From Bacteroidota bacterium (GTDB taxonomy: Bacteria; Bacteroidota; Bacteroidia; Flavobacteriales_D; Crocinitomicaceae): a stretch of DNA of 40,967 nt. The notes below the pieces were generated by a model. It searched no databases. It had not been told where the DNA came from and saw only the letters and a program-made list of their open reading frames with translations. The stretch is from positions 1-40,967 of the forward strand of contig SBGS01000256.1 in NCBI GenBank assembly GCA_006226555.1. Direction: 5' to 3'. This document shows positions 18,767 to 26,798 of the stretch, piece after piece. The position numbers were made by a program, and so were the translations under genes. Numbering within the stretch: the first letter of the stretch is position 1; the number at the start of each line of letters is the position of its first letter.

Positions 18767-21345
18767 TCGGAAATATTAAAAATAGCGTCTTCTTTGTCTT
18801 TGCACTGTTATCTTTTGGGTTACAGGCGCAGATCCAAATAGCAGACACTACTTCATCTCCCGGTGGAGAGGTCAGATTTGATTACAAAAACCCTCAGAAG
18901 TATGAGGTTGGGCCTATTCGAATCGAAGGAGCTGATAATTACGATCATAACGCTATCCGATTGATCTCCGGTTTACGCACTGGACAACAGATCACCCTGC
19001 CGGGAGAGGAAATTACAAAAGCGATAAACAATCTCTGGAGAGAAGGTTTGTTCTCTGATGTTGAGATCCTTGCTGAAAAAGATATAGCCGGTGTGGTTTA
19101 TCTGGTTATCAAAGTTACACCAAGACCTAAATTGTCACGATTCAGATTCAAGGGTGTTTCAAAACGTGATGCTGACAAGATCAGAGAAGAGATCGCATTG
19201 TTTTCCGGAAAAACAATATCCGAAAACCTGGTTTTCTCAACCGAAAACAGAATCAAGGGATACTTCCGAGAAAAAGGATATTATTCTGTGAGTGTAAACA
19301 TCGATCGTTTACCGGATACTTTAATGAACAACTCTGAGATCTTTGACATTTTTGTTGAGACAGGACAAAAAGTTAAGATCGGAGAATTAAACCTTGATGG
19401 GAATACTGCTATTCCGGATTGGAAATTGAAAATGGCAATGAAGGATACGAAGCAGAAAGCATTCTGGAGATTCTTCAAGCGCTCTAAGTATAGTGAGACT
19501 GCCTACAAACGAGACAAGGAAGCGATAATTGAAAAATTCAACAAGATCGGATTCCGTGATGCAGAGGTAAAATTTGATACTGTTTATCTCAGAGATAACA
19601 AAAACCTGATCGTCAATGTTGTCATTGACGAAGGAGAGAAATATTACTTTGGTGACATAGACTGGATAGGAAATACAAAATTCAGATCAAGTCAGCTGGA
19701 TACAGTTCTAGGAATTAAATACGGAGACGACTTCAATAAGCAATTGCTGGAAACACGGTTGTTTATGAGTCAGGATGGTAGAGATATTTCTTCACTATAC
19801 ATGGATAGGGGATATCTTTTCTTCCAGATAATTCCGGTAGAGACAAGTGTGATCGATCATCATATCAACTATCAAATGCGCATCATTGAAGGTAAAGAAG
19901 CGCGTGTAAAGAGAGTTGTTATTTCAGGAAATACAAAGACGAACGATCATGTGATCCGAAGGGAAATAAGGACGAAACCAGGAGACCTTTTTAGTCGAAA
20001 TGATATTATTCGTACCCAGCGCGAGCTTGCACAATTAGGGTATTTCAACGAACAGGCCTTTCAAGTAAATCCAATTCCTAATCCACAGGACGGAACAGTA
20101 GATATTGAATATGTGGTTGAAGAAAAATCATCAGATCAGATCGAGTTATCTGGTGGATATGGAGGAACTGGTATCGATGGTAGAGGTAGATTGATCGGTA
20201 CGTTAGGTCTTACATTCAATAATTTCAGCACGAAGAATTTCTTCAAAAAAGGAGCATGGTCTCCGTTACCGGGTGGTGATGGTCAACGTATCTCTTTACG
20301 TGCGCAAACGAATGGTAAATTCTATCAGGGATATACTTTCTCGTTCACTGAACCATGGTTAGGTGGTAAGAAACCAAATTCATTATCATTCTGGGTCAAT
20401 CACACAGCCTTAGGAAATGGATACTTGAGATCGAACGAATTATATCAAGGATTGTCTATCTCAGGAGTTGGACTTGGATTAGGCCGCAGAAAGAAATGGC
20501 CGGATGATTATTTCCAGGCGTATTACGAGCTGGGATATCAATATTATGATGTGGTGGATGATCCGCGTTTTGTGATCTTTACAAATGGTTATGCGAACGA
20601 TATCAGTTTGAAGTATGTACTTCAAAGAACGAGCGTTAGTTCACCAATATATCCTCAAGGGGGATCAAGTATTAAATTCCAGACAAAGGCTACATTGCCA
20701 TATTCACTTTGGGAAGGTGTAGAAGATTACAGTACTTTGACAAATCAAGACCGCTACAAGTATCTGGAGTATTATAAGATCAAATTTACAGGTGAGTGGT
20801 ATTTCCCATTAACGAATGACAACAAATTAGTCTTAATGCCTCGCTTCGGTTTTGGGTTCATGGGAGCCTACAACAAAGACAAGGGAGTTACACCATTTGA
20901 TCGTTTTGTACTTGGAGGTAATGGTTTGACAGGAGTAAGTCAGATCGGTGGACAGGAGATCATTGCATTGCGTGGTTATGAGGCTGATATGTCTTCAAAC
21001 GGAGGAGATCCGCTAATCGCCAAGTATACAATGGAGTTGAGATATCCTATATCATTGAACCCTTCAGCGACATTCTTTGTACTTGGTTTTGCAGAGGCAG
21101 GTAATACATTCCCGTCTTTCAGAAAATTCAATCCGTTCAACGTGAAAAGATCGGTTGGTGTTGGAGTCAGAGTATTCCTTCCAATGTTCGGAATGCTGGG
21201 ACTTGACTATGGTTGGGGATTCGATCGCCTCGATCCTTGGTCCCAAGGTTATCAGTCCGGCGGATTGTCTGAACAAGGTATCCAGGAAAAAGGATATTAT
21301 GGTCGCTTAAACTTCACGATCGGTATGAACCTTGGAGAACTTTAA
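18763..21345 (+). CDS. bamA: Outer membrane protein assembly factor BamA
   Basis: The 860-aa ORF overlaps uppS by ATGA. It has a signal peptide, POTRA-like repeats ('V..I.I.GN..T.D.VIRREI') and a C-terminal Omp85 barrel ('VGVGVRVFLPMFGMLGLDYGWGF'). Confidence 0.9.
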   Translation: MIGNIKNSVFFVFALLSFGLQAQIQIADTTSSPGGEVRFDYKNPQKYEVGPIRIEGADNYDHNAIRLISGLRTGQQITLPGEEITKAINNLWREGLFSDVEILAEKDIAGVVYLVIKVTPRPKLSRFRFKGVSKRDADKIREEIALFSGKTISENLVFSTENRIKGYFREKGYYSVSVNIDRLPDTLMNNSEIFDIFVETGQKVKIGELNLDGNTAIPDWKLKMAMKDTKQKAFWRFFKRSKYSETAYKRDKEAIIEKFNKIGFRDAEVKFDTVYLRDNKNLIVNVVIDEGEKYYFGDIDWIGNTKFRSSQLDTVLGIKYGDDFNKQLLETRLFMSQDGRDISSLYMDRGYLFFQIIPVETSVIDHHINYQMRIIEGKEARVKRVVISGNTKTNDHVIRREIRTKPGDLFSRNDIIRTQRELAQLGYFNEQAFQVNPIPNPQDGTVDIEYVVEEKSSDQIELSGGYGGTGIDGRGRLIGTLGLTFNNFSTKNFFKKGAWSPLPGGDGQRISLRAQTNGKFYQGYTFSFTEPWLGGKKPNSLSFWVNHTALGNGYLRSNELYQGLSISGVGLGLGRRKKWPDDYFQAYYELGYQYYDVVDDPRFVIFTNGYANDISLKYVLQRTSVSSPIYPQGGSSIKFQTKATLPYSLWEGVEDYSTLTNQDRYKYLEYYKIKFTGEWYFPLTNDNKLVLMPRFGFGFMGAYNKDKGVTPFDRFVLGGNGLTGVSQIGGQEIIALRGYEADMSSNGGDPLIAKYTMELRYPISLNPSATFFVLGFAEAGNTFPSFRKFNPFNVKRSVGVGVRVFLPMFGMLGLDYGWGFDRLDPWSQGYQSGGLSEQGIQEKGYYGRLNFTIGMNLGEL

Positions 21346-21397
21346 TTCCTTTTGCAATAATTGATTAAATTCGCCGTTCGGCTTTTAAACCCAACGT

Positions 21398-21913
21398 ATG
21401 AGAGCTTTACTTTTAACCCTATTTGTATTTTTTGGCACAGGCTTTGCCATGTCCCAGAAGTACGGTTACATTGATTCAGATTACATCTTATCGAAGATGC
21501 CGGAGTACCAGGAAGCAAAAGAACAACTGGATAAGTTGGCAGATAGATGGTCTAAGGAAATTGAAAAAATGTACGACGTCCTGGCAATGAAGAAAGAGAA
21601 CTTTGCAAGAGAGGAAGTGTTATTGCCAGCTGAAGAGAGAAAAAAGCGTGAAGAAGAGATCAAGCGTTTAGAAACTGAAGCGATGCAAATGCAAAAGACT
21701 CGTTTTGGAGTAAACGGAGACTACTTTCAGAAGCGACAGGAATTAATAAAGCCAATTCAGGATCGTGTATACGAGGCGATGCAGGAAGTGGCTTCAAAAA
21801 GGAACTATAGTTTTGTATTTGACAAGGCAAATCAGAGTAATCTGATCTTTGCTGACAGCAAATTCGACCTTAGTAGCATGGTACTGAAAGAATTGGGAGT
21901 ATCAGCGGATTAA
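21398..21913 (+). CDS. OmpH/Skp family periplasmic chaperone (copy 1)
   Basis: The 171-aa ORF has a signal peptide and a Lys/Glu-rich coiled-coil core, 'KEQLDKLADRWSKEIEKM...KKREEEIKRLETEA', and sits immediately after bamA. Confidence 0.8.
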   Translation: MRALLLTLFVFFGTGFAMSQKYGYIDSDYILSKMPEYQEAKEQLDKLADRWSKEIEKMYDVLAMKKENFAREEVLLPAEERKKREEEIKRLETEAMQMQKTRFGVNGDYFQKRQELIKPIQDRVYEAMQEVASKRNYSFVFDKANQSNLIFADSKFDLSSMVLKELGVSAD

Positions 21914-21936
21914 TAAAAATGAAATAAAAACAAAAA

Positions 21937-22455
21937 ATGAAAAAGTTATTACTTGCTTTGATCGTAGTGGTGAGCGCGGGAGCTGCCATGGCACAGATGA
22001 AGATTGGTCATGTTAATTCACAGCAGTTGTTGGATACGATGCAGTCGAGAAAGATCGCAATGCAGAAGCTGGCTGATTTTGAAAAAGAAGGAGTAGCTGA
22101 GCTACGTGCAATGGAAGAAGATCTGAATAAAGCTATCGCGAATTATCAAGCAAAAATGAAAGATCTAAGTCCTGTAATGCAGCAGATCGAAGAAGAGAAG
22201 CTAATGAAAAAACAACAGGCTCTTGAGGATCGTCAGCAGTCACTTCAGTACGAAATGCAGGCTTATTCAAATGAATTGAATCAACCTATTTTGTCAAGAG
22301 TGCAGGAAGCTGTAAAGCGTGTTGCTGAGTTGAAGAAATTGAACTATGTGATCGATGAGTCAGTTACTTTATATTTCGCAGGTGGAATAGATATCACTGC
22401 AGATGTAGCTGCCGAATTAGTTAAATTGGAGGCTGAGGCTAACGCAGGTAACTAA
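21937..22455 (+). CDS. OmpH/Skp family periplasmic chaperone (copy 2)
   Basis: The 172-aa ORF has a signal peptide. 'KIGHVNSQQLLDTM' and a coiled-coil core are typical of the second Bacteroidota OmpH paralogue. Confidence 0.8.
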   Translation: MKKLLLALIVVVSAGAAMAQMKIGHVNSQQLLDTMQSRKIAMQKLADFEKEGVAELRAMEEDLNKAIANYQAKMKDLSPVMQQIEEEKLMKKQQALEDRQQSLQYEMQAYSNELNQPILSRVQEAVKRVAELKKLNYVIDESVTLYFAGGIDITADVAAELVKLEAEANAGN

Positions 22456-22480
22456 GAATACGATAATGAAATTTGGAAAG

Positions 22481-22506
22481 CCCTCTCCTTGGAGAGGGTT
22501 TTTTTG
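22481..22506 (+). terminator. Rho-independent terminator ending the uppS-bamA-ompH-ompH unit
   Basis: CCCTCTC-CTTG-GAGAGGG is followed by a run of seven T. Confidence 0.75.
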
Positions 22507-22518
22507 TAGCTTTAAAAA

Positions 22519-23337
22519 ATGGGACCAATTGGTGTATTTGATTCCGGATATGGTGGTTTGACCATCTTGAATGAATTCAGAAAGAAATTGCCTGAGTATG
22601 ATTACCTCTATTTAGGAGATAATGCTCGGGCTCCATACGGTACAAGATCATATGATGTGGTCTACGAATACACCTTACAAGCGGTTAAAGAACTCTTTGA
22701 TAGAGGATGTGAATTGGTCATTCTTGCTTGTAATACGGCATCCGCAAAAGCACTGCGTAGTATCCAACAGAGAGATTTACCGGGCATCGACCCGAACAAA
22801 CGTGTATTGGGAGTGATCCGTCCAAGTGCAGAAGTAATAGGTTCGTTTTCACACACAGGACACATTGGAATCTTGGCGACGAAGGGAACGGTCAATTCCG
22901 AATCATATGTTATAGAGATCGGACATTTTTCTCCGGAGGCCGTTGTGACTCAGCAAGCCTGTCCTATGTGGGTGCCTCTAATAGAAAATCACGAACATTT
23001 ATCAGATTCCGGTAAGGCTTTTATACAGAAGGATATCACTTCCCTTTTGGAAAAGGACCCTGAGATCGACACTATCGTTCTCGGATGCACACATTATCCT
23101 TTGGTGCAAGAATATATCGAATCAATTGTCCCGAATGGGTTATCGGTTATCTCTCAAGGTGAGATCGTGGCAAAAAGTCTACAGGATTACCTGGAAAGAC
23201 ATCCCTGGATGGAGACAAAATGTACAAAGCAAGGCACAGTTACTTACTTAACTACTGAAAGCAAAGAGGAATTTGATCGAAATGCCTCACAGTTTATTCA
23301 AGATGAAGTGCATTCAGAGCACATCACCTTGAAGTGA
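22519..23337 (+). CDS. murI: Glutamate racemase
   Basis: 'IGVFDSGYGGLT', 'YLGDNARAPYG', 'LACNTASA' (catalytic Cys) and 'LGCTHYP' (second catalytic Cys) are all present. Confidence 0.9.
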   Translation: MGPIGVFDSGYGGLTILNEFRKKLPEYDYLYLGDNARAPYGTRSYDVVYEYTLQAVKELFDRGCELVILACNTASAKALRSIQQRDLPGIDPNKRVLGVIRPSAEVIGSFSHTGHIGILATKGTVNSESYVIEIGHFSPEAVVTQQACPMWVPLIENHEHLSDSGKAFIQKDITSLLEKDPEIDTIVLGCTHYPLVQEYIESIVPNGLSVISQGEIVAKSLQDYLERHPWMETKCTKQGTVTYLTTESKEEFDRNASQFIQDEVHSEHITLK

Positions 23338-23904
23338 TTACATTCGAGAAATAATTGTTTTTGCTATCTCAATAGCCTTTGCTTTGTTCACACTATCATC
23401 GTTATCTGCCTTGACATGAATATGAAACAACATTCCGCCTGATAGAAATGATAATTGAGCCATCTTTTCTCCCCACATCGCTCGATCACCAATGTTTTCG
23501 ACTTCAACACCATCTTTGTACACTGAAACTGATCTTTCGTACATTGATTCATTCACTTTTGAAGCCATTACGATCATTGTTTCACTAGGCATTTCAGTAG
23601 TCACTTCCATCGAGCCAACCTTAGTAACGCGTTGTACTTTTTTATCCTCCCATTCAAATTTGCAGGTCGGGTGGGTAAGTACAACATCCTTCATAGTGAT
23701 CTCAATTTCTGTTGGTACGCTAAACAATGATCGGATATCAGTGTCATTGAATAAGTCACATGGAGAATCATAAGTAGAGACGGACTTCGTCTTTTCACTC
23801 TCTTGATTTGAACCAAAAGAAATTTCGTTAGAAGAATTGCTTTCTCCGCAAGAATAGATGGCAAATAAGGATATAAGTAGTAGTATATTGAACAGTACTT
23901 TCAT
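23338..23904 (-). CDS. Hypothetical lipoprotein
   Basis: The lipobox is 'LFAIYSCGES'. I recognise no family. The stop abuts the murI stop with zero intergenic bases. Confidence 0.5.
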   Translation of the reverse strand: MKVLFNILLLISLFAIYSCGESNSSNEISFGSNQESEKTKSVSTYDSPCDLFNDTDIRSLFSVPTEIEITMKDVVLTHPTCKFEWEDKKVQRVTKVGSMEVTTEMPSETMIVMASKVNESMYERSVSVYKDGVEVENIGDRAMWGEKMAQLSFLSGGMLFHIHVKADNDDSVNKAKAIEIAKTIISRM

Positions 23905-23927
23905 GTAGTTGTTTGTTAGTGAATGTT

Positions 23928-24539
23928 TTAAAGTCTTCTAAATATACCAAAATTAAAGTTCTGTAAAGTACCGAACGGTGTAGTGTGATCTATATTGATC
24001 AGATCCAGTAACTCGAATTCGGGTGAAAATGTTTCTTTCAGATCTTTCTCAGAATACTGATGTATTTCAATTCCACTGCACTTAGTAGGACCATTTTCAG
24101 AAAATGTACCTACGATCAGGATGCTTCCCGCGCAGGTAGCTTCGATAAGTCTTTTTTTGTACGCTTCAACATCTTGTTCTGAGGTCATGAAATGAAATGC
24201 AGCTCTGTCATACCAGATGTCGTATTGTTCTGTAGGATTAAGTTCCGAAATATCCGAGCAGATCCATTTAACACGATCGGCACGACTGCCAAGCCGTTCC
24301 TGCGCCCGTTCAATTGCTTTTGCTGAAATATCAAGTACGGTCAGGTCGGTATAACCTTCTTCCAATAATTTATCGACTAGAAATGAATCTCCACCACCAA
24401 CGTCTATAATCTTTGCATCTTTTCCTTTACTGTATTTTTCGATCAGCTCGAACGAAAAAGAGGGTTGTGGTTGATACCAGCTTACTTCCGTCAGTAACTT
24501 GGTTTGGTATATATTTTCCCAGTGTGCTTTACGATCCAT
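23928..24539 (-). CDS. Class I SAM-dependent methyltransferase
   Basis: Motif I 'IIDVGGGDSFLVDKLL' is followed by an acidic post-I residue in 'LTVLDIS' and by 'YDIWYDRAAFHF'. The start overlaps the upstream globin gene by 11 nt. Confidence 0.75.
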   Translation of the reverse strand: MDRKAHWENIYQTKLLTEVSWYQPQPSFSFELIEKYSKGKDAKIIDVGGGDSFLVDKLLEEGYTDLTVLDISAKAIERAQERLGSRADRVKWICSDISELNPTEQYDIWYDRAAFHFMTSEQDVEAYKKRLIEATCAGSILIVGTFSENGPTKCSGIEIHQYSEKDLKETFSPEFELLDLINIDHTTPFGTLQNFNFGIFRRL

Positions 24540-24885
24540 GATTCACTATTTTACTTTCTAAGGTCCAACGAATTAAGAAGGCACGGTCTTTTGCCATTTG
24601 CGCTTTTTCTCCAGAGTAAAGGGCATCGACGGTTTCATTGAACAGAGCTATCCACTGATCAAAATGCTCTTTTTTTAATGGCATATGCATGTGTTTTGCT
24701 GTTACATCTGTTTTATATCCACCTTCACTTAAAAGTACAAATGCCCAGAAATCGACCATCTTTGGTTTATGCATTTCAAAGTCAAGATGAGCAAAGAACG
24801 GTTTCAGCTGCTCATCCTGAAGTACTTTACCATAGAATGTATCTACGAGTTGTTCTACATCTTTTCGATTTGATATATCAGTCAT
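24529..24885 (-). CDS. Group III truncated haemoglobin-like globin
   Basis: The ORF is 118 aa. 'VDTFYGKVLQDEQLKPFF' and 'FWAFVLLSEGGYKTDVTAKHMHMPLKKEHFDQWIALFNETV' align by eye with the Campylobacter Ctb-type region 'FWAGMLLGEGDYNGQPLKKHLDLP..FEIWLKLFEESL'. Confidence 0.7.
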   Translation of the reverse strand: MTDISNRKDVEQLVDTFYGKVLQDEQLKPFFAHLDFEMHKPKMVDFWAFVLLSEGGYKTDVTAKHMHMPLKKEHFDQWIALFNETVDALYSGEKAQMAKDRAFLIRWTLESKIVNHGS

Positions 24886-25405
24886 TGCTGTCTTCTTTGA
24901 ACCATCCTGAATATTTCAGGTAGTTGTTCGCAATTCGTTGTACTTCTCCCTCAAACAATTCTGGGCTAAGCGTTTTTACTTTTTTGGCGGGAATCCCGGC
25001 ATATACACTCCAGCTTTCTACGTGTGTACCCTCTAAAAGTACGGCGCCGGCTGCAATGATACAATTTGATTCGATGTAGCAGTTATCCATAACGATCGAC
25101 CCCATACCTATCAGCACATTGTCTTCCACAGTGCAACCATGTACAAGTGCATTGTGGCCAATAGAGACGTTATTCCCAAGTATCGTTTTTGTTTTCTCAA
25201 ATGTGCAATGTATCACTGCTCCGTCTTGCACATTCACCTTATTTCCCATACGAATGCTGTTCACATCTCCTCTGATCACGGCGCTGAACCATACAGAGCA
25301 ATGATCTCCCATTTCAACGTCTCCGACTATTGTTGAATTTTCGGCAAACCAGCAATCTTTTCCCCACTTAGGATGAAAACCGCGACAAGACTTGATTAAC
25401 GACAT
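24878..25405 (-). CDS. Gamma carbonic anhydrase family protein (left-handed beta-helix, YrdA-like)
   Basis: Hexapeptide repeats run throughout, three conserved His lie in 'AVIHC' and 'IGHNALVHG', and 'YAGIPAKKV' follows. Confidence 0.85.
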   Translation of the reverse strand: MSLIKSCRGFHPKWGKDCWFAENSTIVGDVEMGDHCSVWFSAVIRGDVNSIRMGNKVNVQDGAVIHCTFEKTKTILGNNVSIGHNALVHGCTVEDNVLIGMGSIVMDNCYIESNCIIAAGAVLLEGTHVESWSVYAGIPAKKVKTLSPELFEGEVQRIANNYLKYSGWFKEDSND

Positions 25406-25438
25406 AAATAAAATTTATAAGCGATTAAAAACTATCAA

Positions 25439-25446
25439 TAAAGATA
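25439..25446 (-). promoter_or_regulatory. Candidate near-consensus -7 box (TATCTTTA) for the gamma-CA/globin/methyltransferase operon
   Basis: The minus strand reads TATCTTTA, one mismatch to TAnnTTTG, 34 nt upstream of the ATG at 25405. Confidence 0.3.
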
Positions 25447-25461
25447 ATAGAACATCAGCTA

Positions 25462-25469
25462 TAACTTTG
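25462..25469 (+). promoter_or_regulatory. Candidate -7 promoter box (TAACTTTG) for the peroxiredoxin-thioredoxin operon
   Basis: This is an exact TAnnTTTG match, 36 nt upstream of the ATG at 25505. It lies back to back with the divergent box at 25439..25446. Confidence 0.4.
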
Positions 25470-25504
25470 TTCTGTAATACAAAACAATCAAAAACAAAAA
25501 TAAA

Positions 25505-26122
25505 ATGGGACTAGTAGGTAAAAAATTTCCATCGATCAAAGTAAACGCAATTGATGAGTTGGGAGATACTTTTGAATTAAACGTAGTTGAGAAGGCGATA
25601 AACGATAACAAAAAAGTTGTCTTGTTCTGGTATCCGAAAGACTTCACATTTGTATGTCCAACTGAGATCCACGCTTTTCAGGAAGCAGCGGCTTCATTTG
25701 CAGAGAGAAATACAATAGTTATCGGAGCATCTTGTGATACTGCTGAAGTACATTTTGCATGGTTGAATACTTCTAAGGACAATGGAGGAATCGAAGGTGT
25801 GAAATTTCCTTTGATCGCAGATTCAACACGCAAGCTTGCTGAAGCGTTGGATATTCTTGATTTCGATCCATACGAAGAAGACAGCGAAGGAGATTACGTA
25901 ACATACCGCGCAACGTATTTGATTGACGAAACAGGAAAAGTGTTCCACGAATCGATCAATGATATGCCTTTAGGAAGAAACGTGAATGAATACCTTCGAT
26001 TGATCGATGCATATTCACATGTTCAAAAGCATGGTGAGGTATGTCCGGCGAACTGGGAAGAAGGAAAAGATGCAATGAGCGCAACGCGAGATGGTGTTGC
26101 AGATTATCTAAGTAAGCATTAA
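25505..26122 (+). CDS. Peroxiredoxin (typical 2-Cys, AhpC/Tsa family)
   Basis: The peroxidatic Cys motif is 'FTFVCPTEI' and the resolving Cys motif is 'EVCPANW'. Confidence 0.9.
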   Translation: MGLVGKKFPSIKVNAIDELGDTFELNVVEKAINDNKKVVLFWYPKDFTFVCPTEIHAFQEAAASFAERNTIVIGASCDTAEVHFAWLNTSKDNGGIEGVKFPLIADSTRKLAEALDILDFDPYEEDSEGDYVTYRATYLIDETGKVFHESINDMPLGRNVNEYLRLIDAYSHVQKHGEVCPANWEEGKDAMSATRDGVADYLSKH

Positions 26123-26126
26123 GAAA

Positions 26127-26441
26127 ATGTTTGTAGAGCTAACAGAAGATATACTCGGAAGTATCCTCGAACAAAAGCCAAAGGTGATGGTACAGTACGG
26201 AGCCACATGGTGTGGAAACTGTAGGATCACCAAGCCGAAGTTCAAGCGACTTTCTGAGTCAAATGAAGACATAGAATTCATCTATGTTGATGCCGAAAAA
26301 CTACCGGGATCCAGGGAATTTGCGGAGGTATCGAACCTACCAACATTCGCAGGTTTTGTTAACGGAAAACTGGTAAAGCAGGCACAAGGAAACAAAATGG
26401 AAACAATAGAAGAAATACTCCATGCGGTTACCGGTAATTAA
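26127..26441 (+). CDS. Thioredoxin family protein
   Basis: The 104-aa ORF has the active site 'WCGNC' (CxxC) and lies 4 nt after the peroxiredoxin stop. Confidence 0.75.
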   Translation: MFVELTEDILGSILEQKPKVMVQYGATWCGNCRITKPKFKRLSESNEDIEFIYVDAEKLPGSREFAEVSNLPTFAGFVNGKLVKQAQGNKMETIEEILHAVTGN

Positions 26442-26679
26442 ACATGTAGTGGCGTTCATCGAACAGAACGACGAGGATTATGTAAATGAAACGATCGAGA
26501 CCCTCGAACATTTGATCGATGCACCTGGGATAACAGATGAGGAATTGGATGCCATAGGCGAAATTCTTTCAAATCTTTCAGGGGCACTTGATGTGAGTCG
26601 AGAGATCAAACAAGGTAAACCCAAACGTGAAGCATTGAACGAATTCATGCAGAGGGTAACGGGCTCTATCGATAAATAG
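26422..26679 (+). CDS. Small acidic hypothetical protein
   Basis: The 85-aa ORF is predicted helical and Asp/Glu-rich. It overlaps the thioredoxin 3' end by 20 nt; an alternative GTG at 26449 would remove the overlap. A strong terminator follows. I recognise no family with confidence. Confidence 0.5.
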   Translation: MRLPVIKHVVAFIEQNDEDYVNETIETLEHLIDAPGITDEELDAIGEILSNLSGALDVSREIKQGKPKREALNEFMQRVTGSIDK

Positions 26680-26714
26680 GTTTTTAGTAAGTAGTAGTTT
26701 TAAGTGGTTGATTA

Positions 26715-26748
26715 GGGGGACAAATATTGTCTCCCTTTTCTTTTTTTT
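26715..26748 (+). terminator. Rho-independent terminator of the peroxiredoxin-thioredoxin-small ORF unit
   Basis: GGGGGACAA-ATA-TTGTCTCCC (with one G-U pair) is followed by TTTTCTTTTTTTT. Confidence 0.75.
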
Positions 26749-26798
26749 CATAAATTGCATAGGTTGGATTTGTGGAGATGGAGTTAAACATTTAGATC

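Noticed and set aside
21373-21382. GCCG-TT-CGGC followed by TTTT after bamA.
   Set aside because: A 4-bp stem with a 2-nt loop is sterically implausible. The ompH genes are most likely co-transcribed with bamA.
21398-22455. Tandem ompH/skp genes as a possible recent duplication; atpD-atpC isolated from the other atp genes as a possible rearrangement.
   Set aside because: Both arrangements are the canonical conserved organisation in Bacteroidota. The two OmpH copies are highly diverged.
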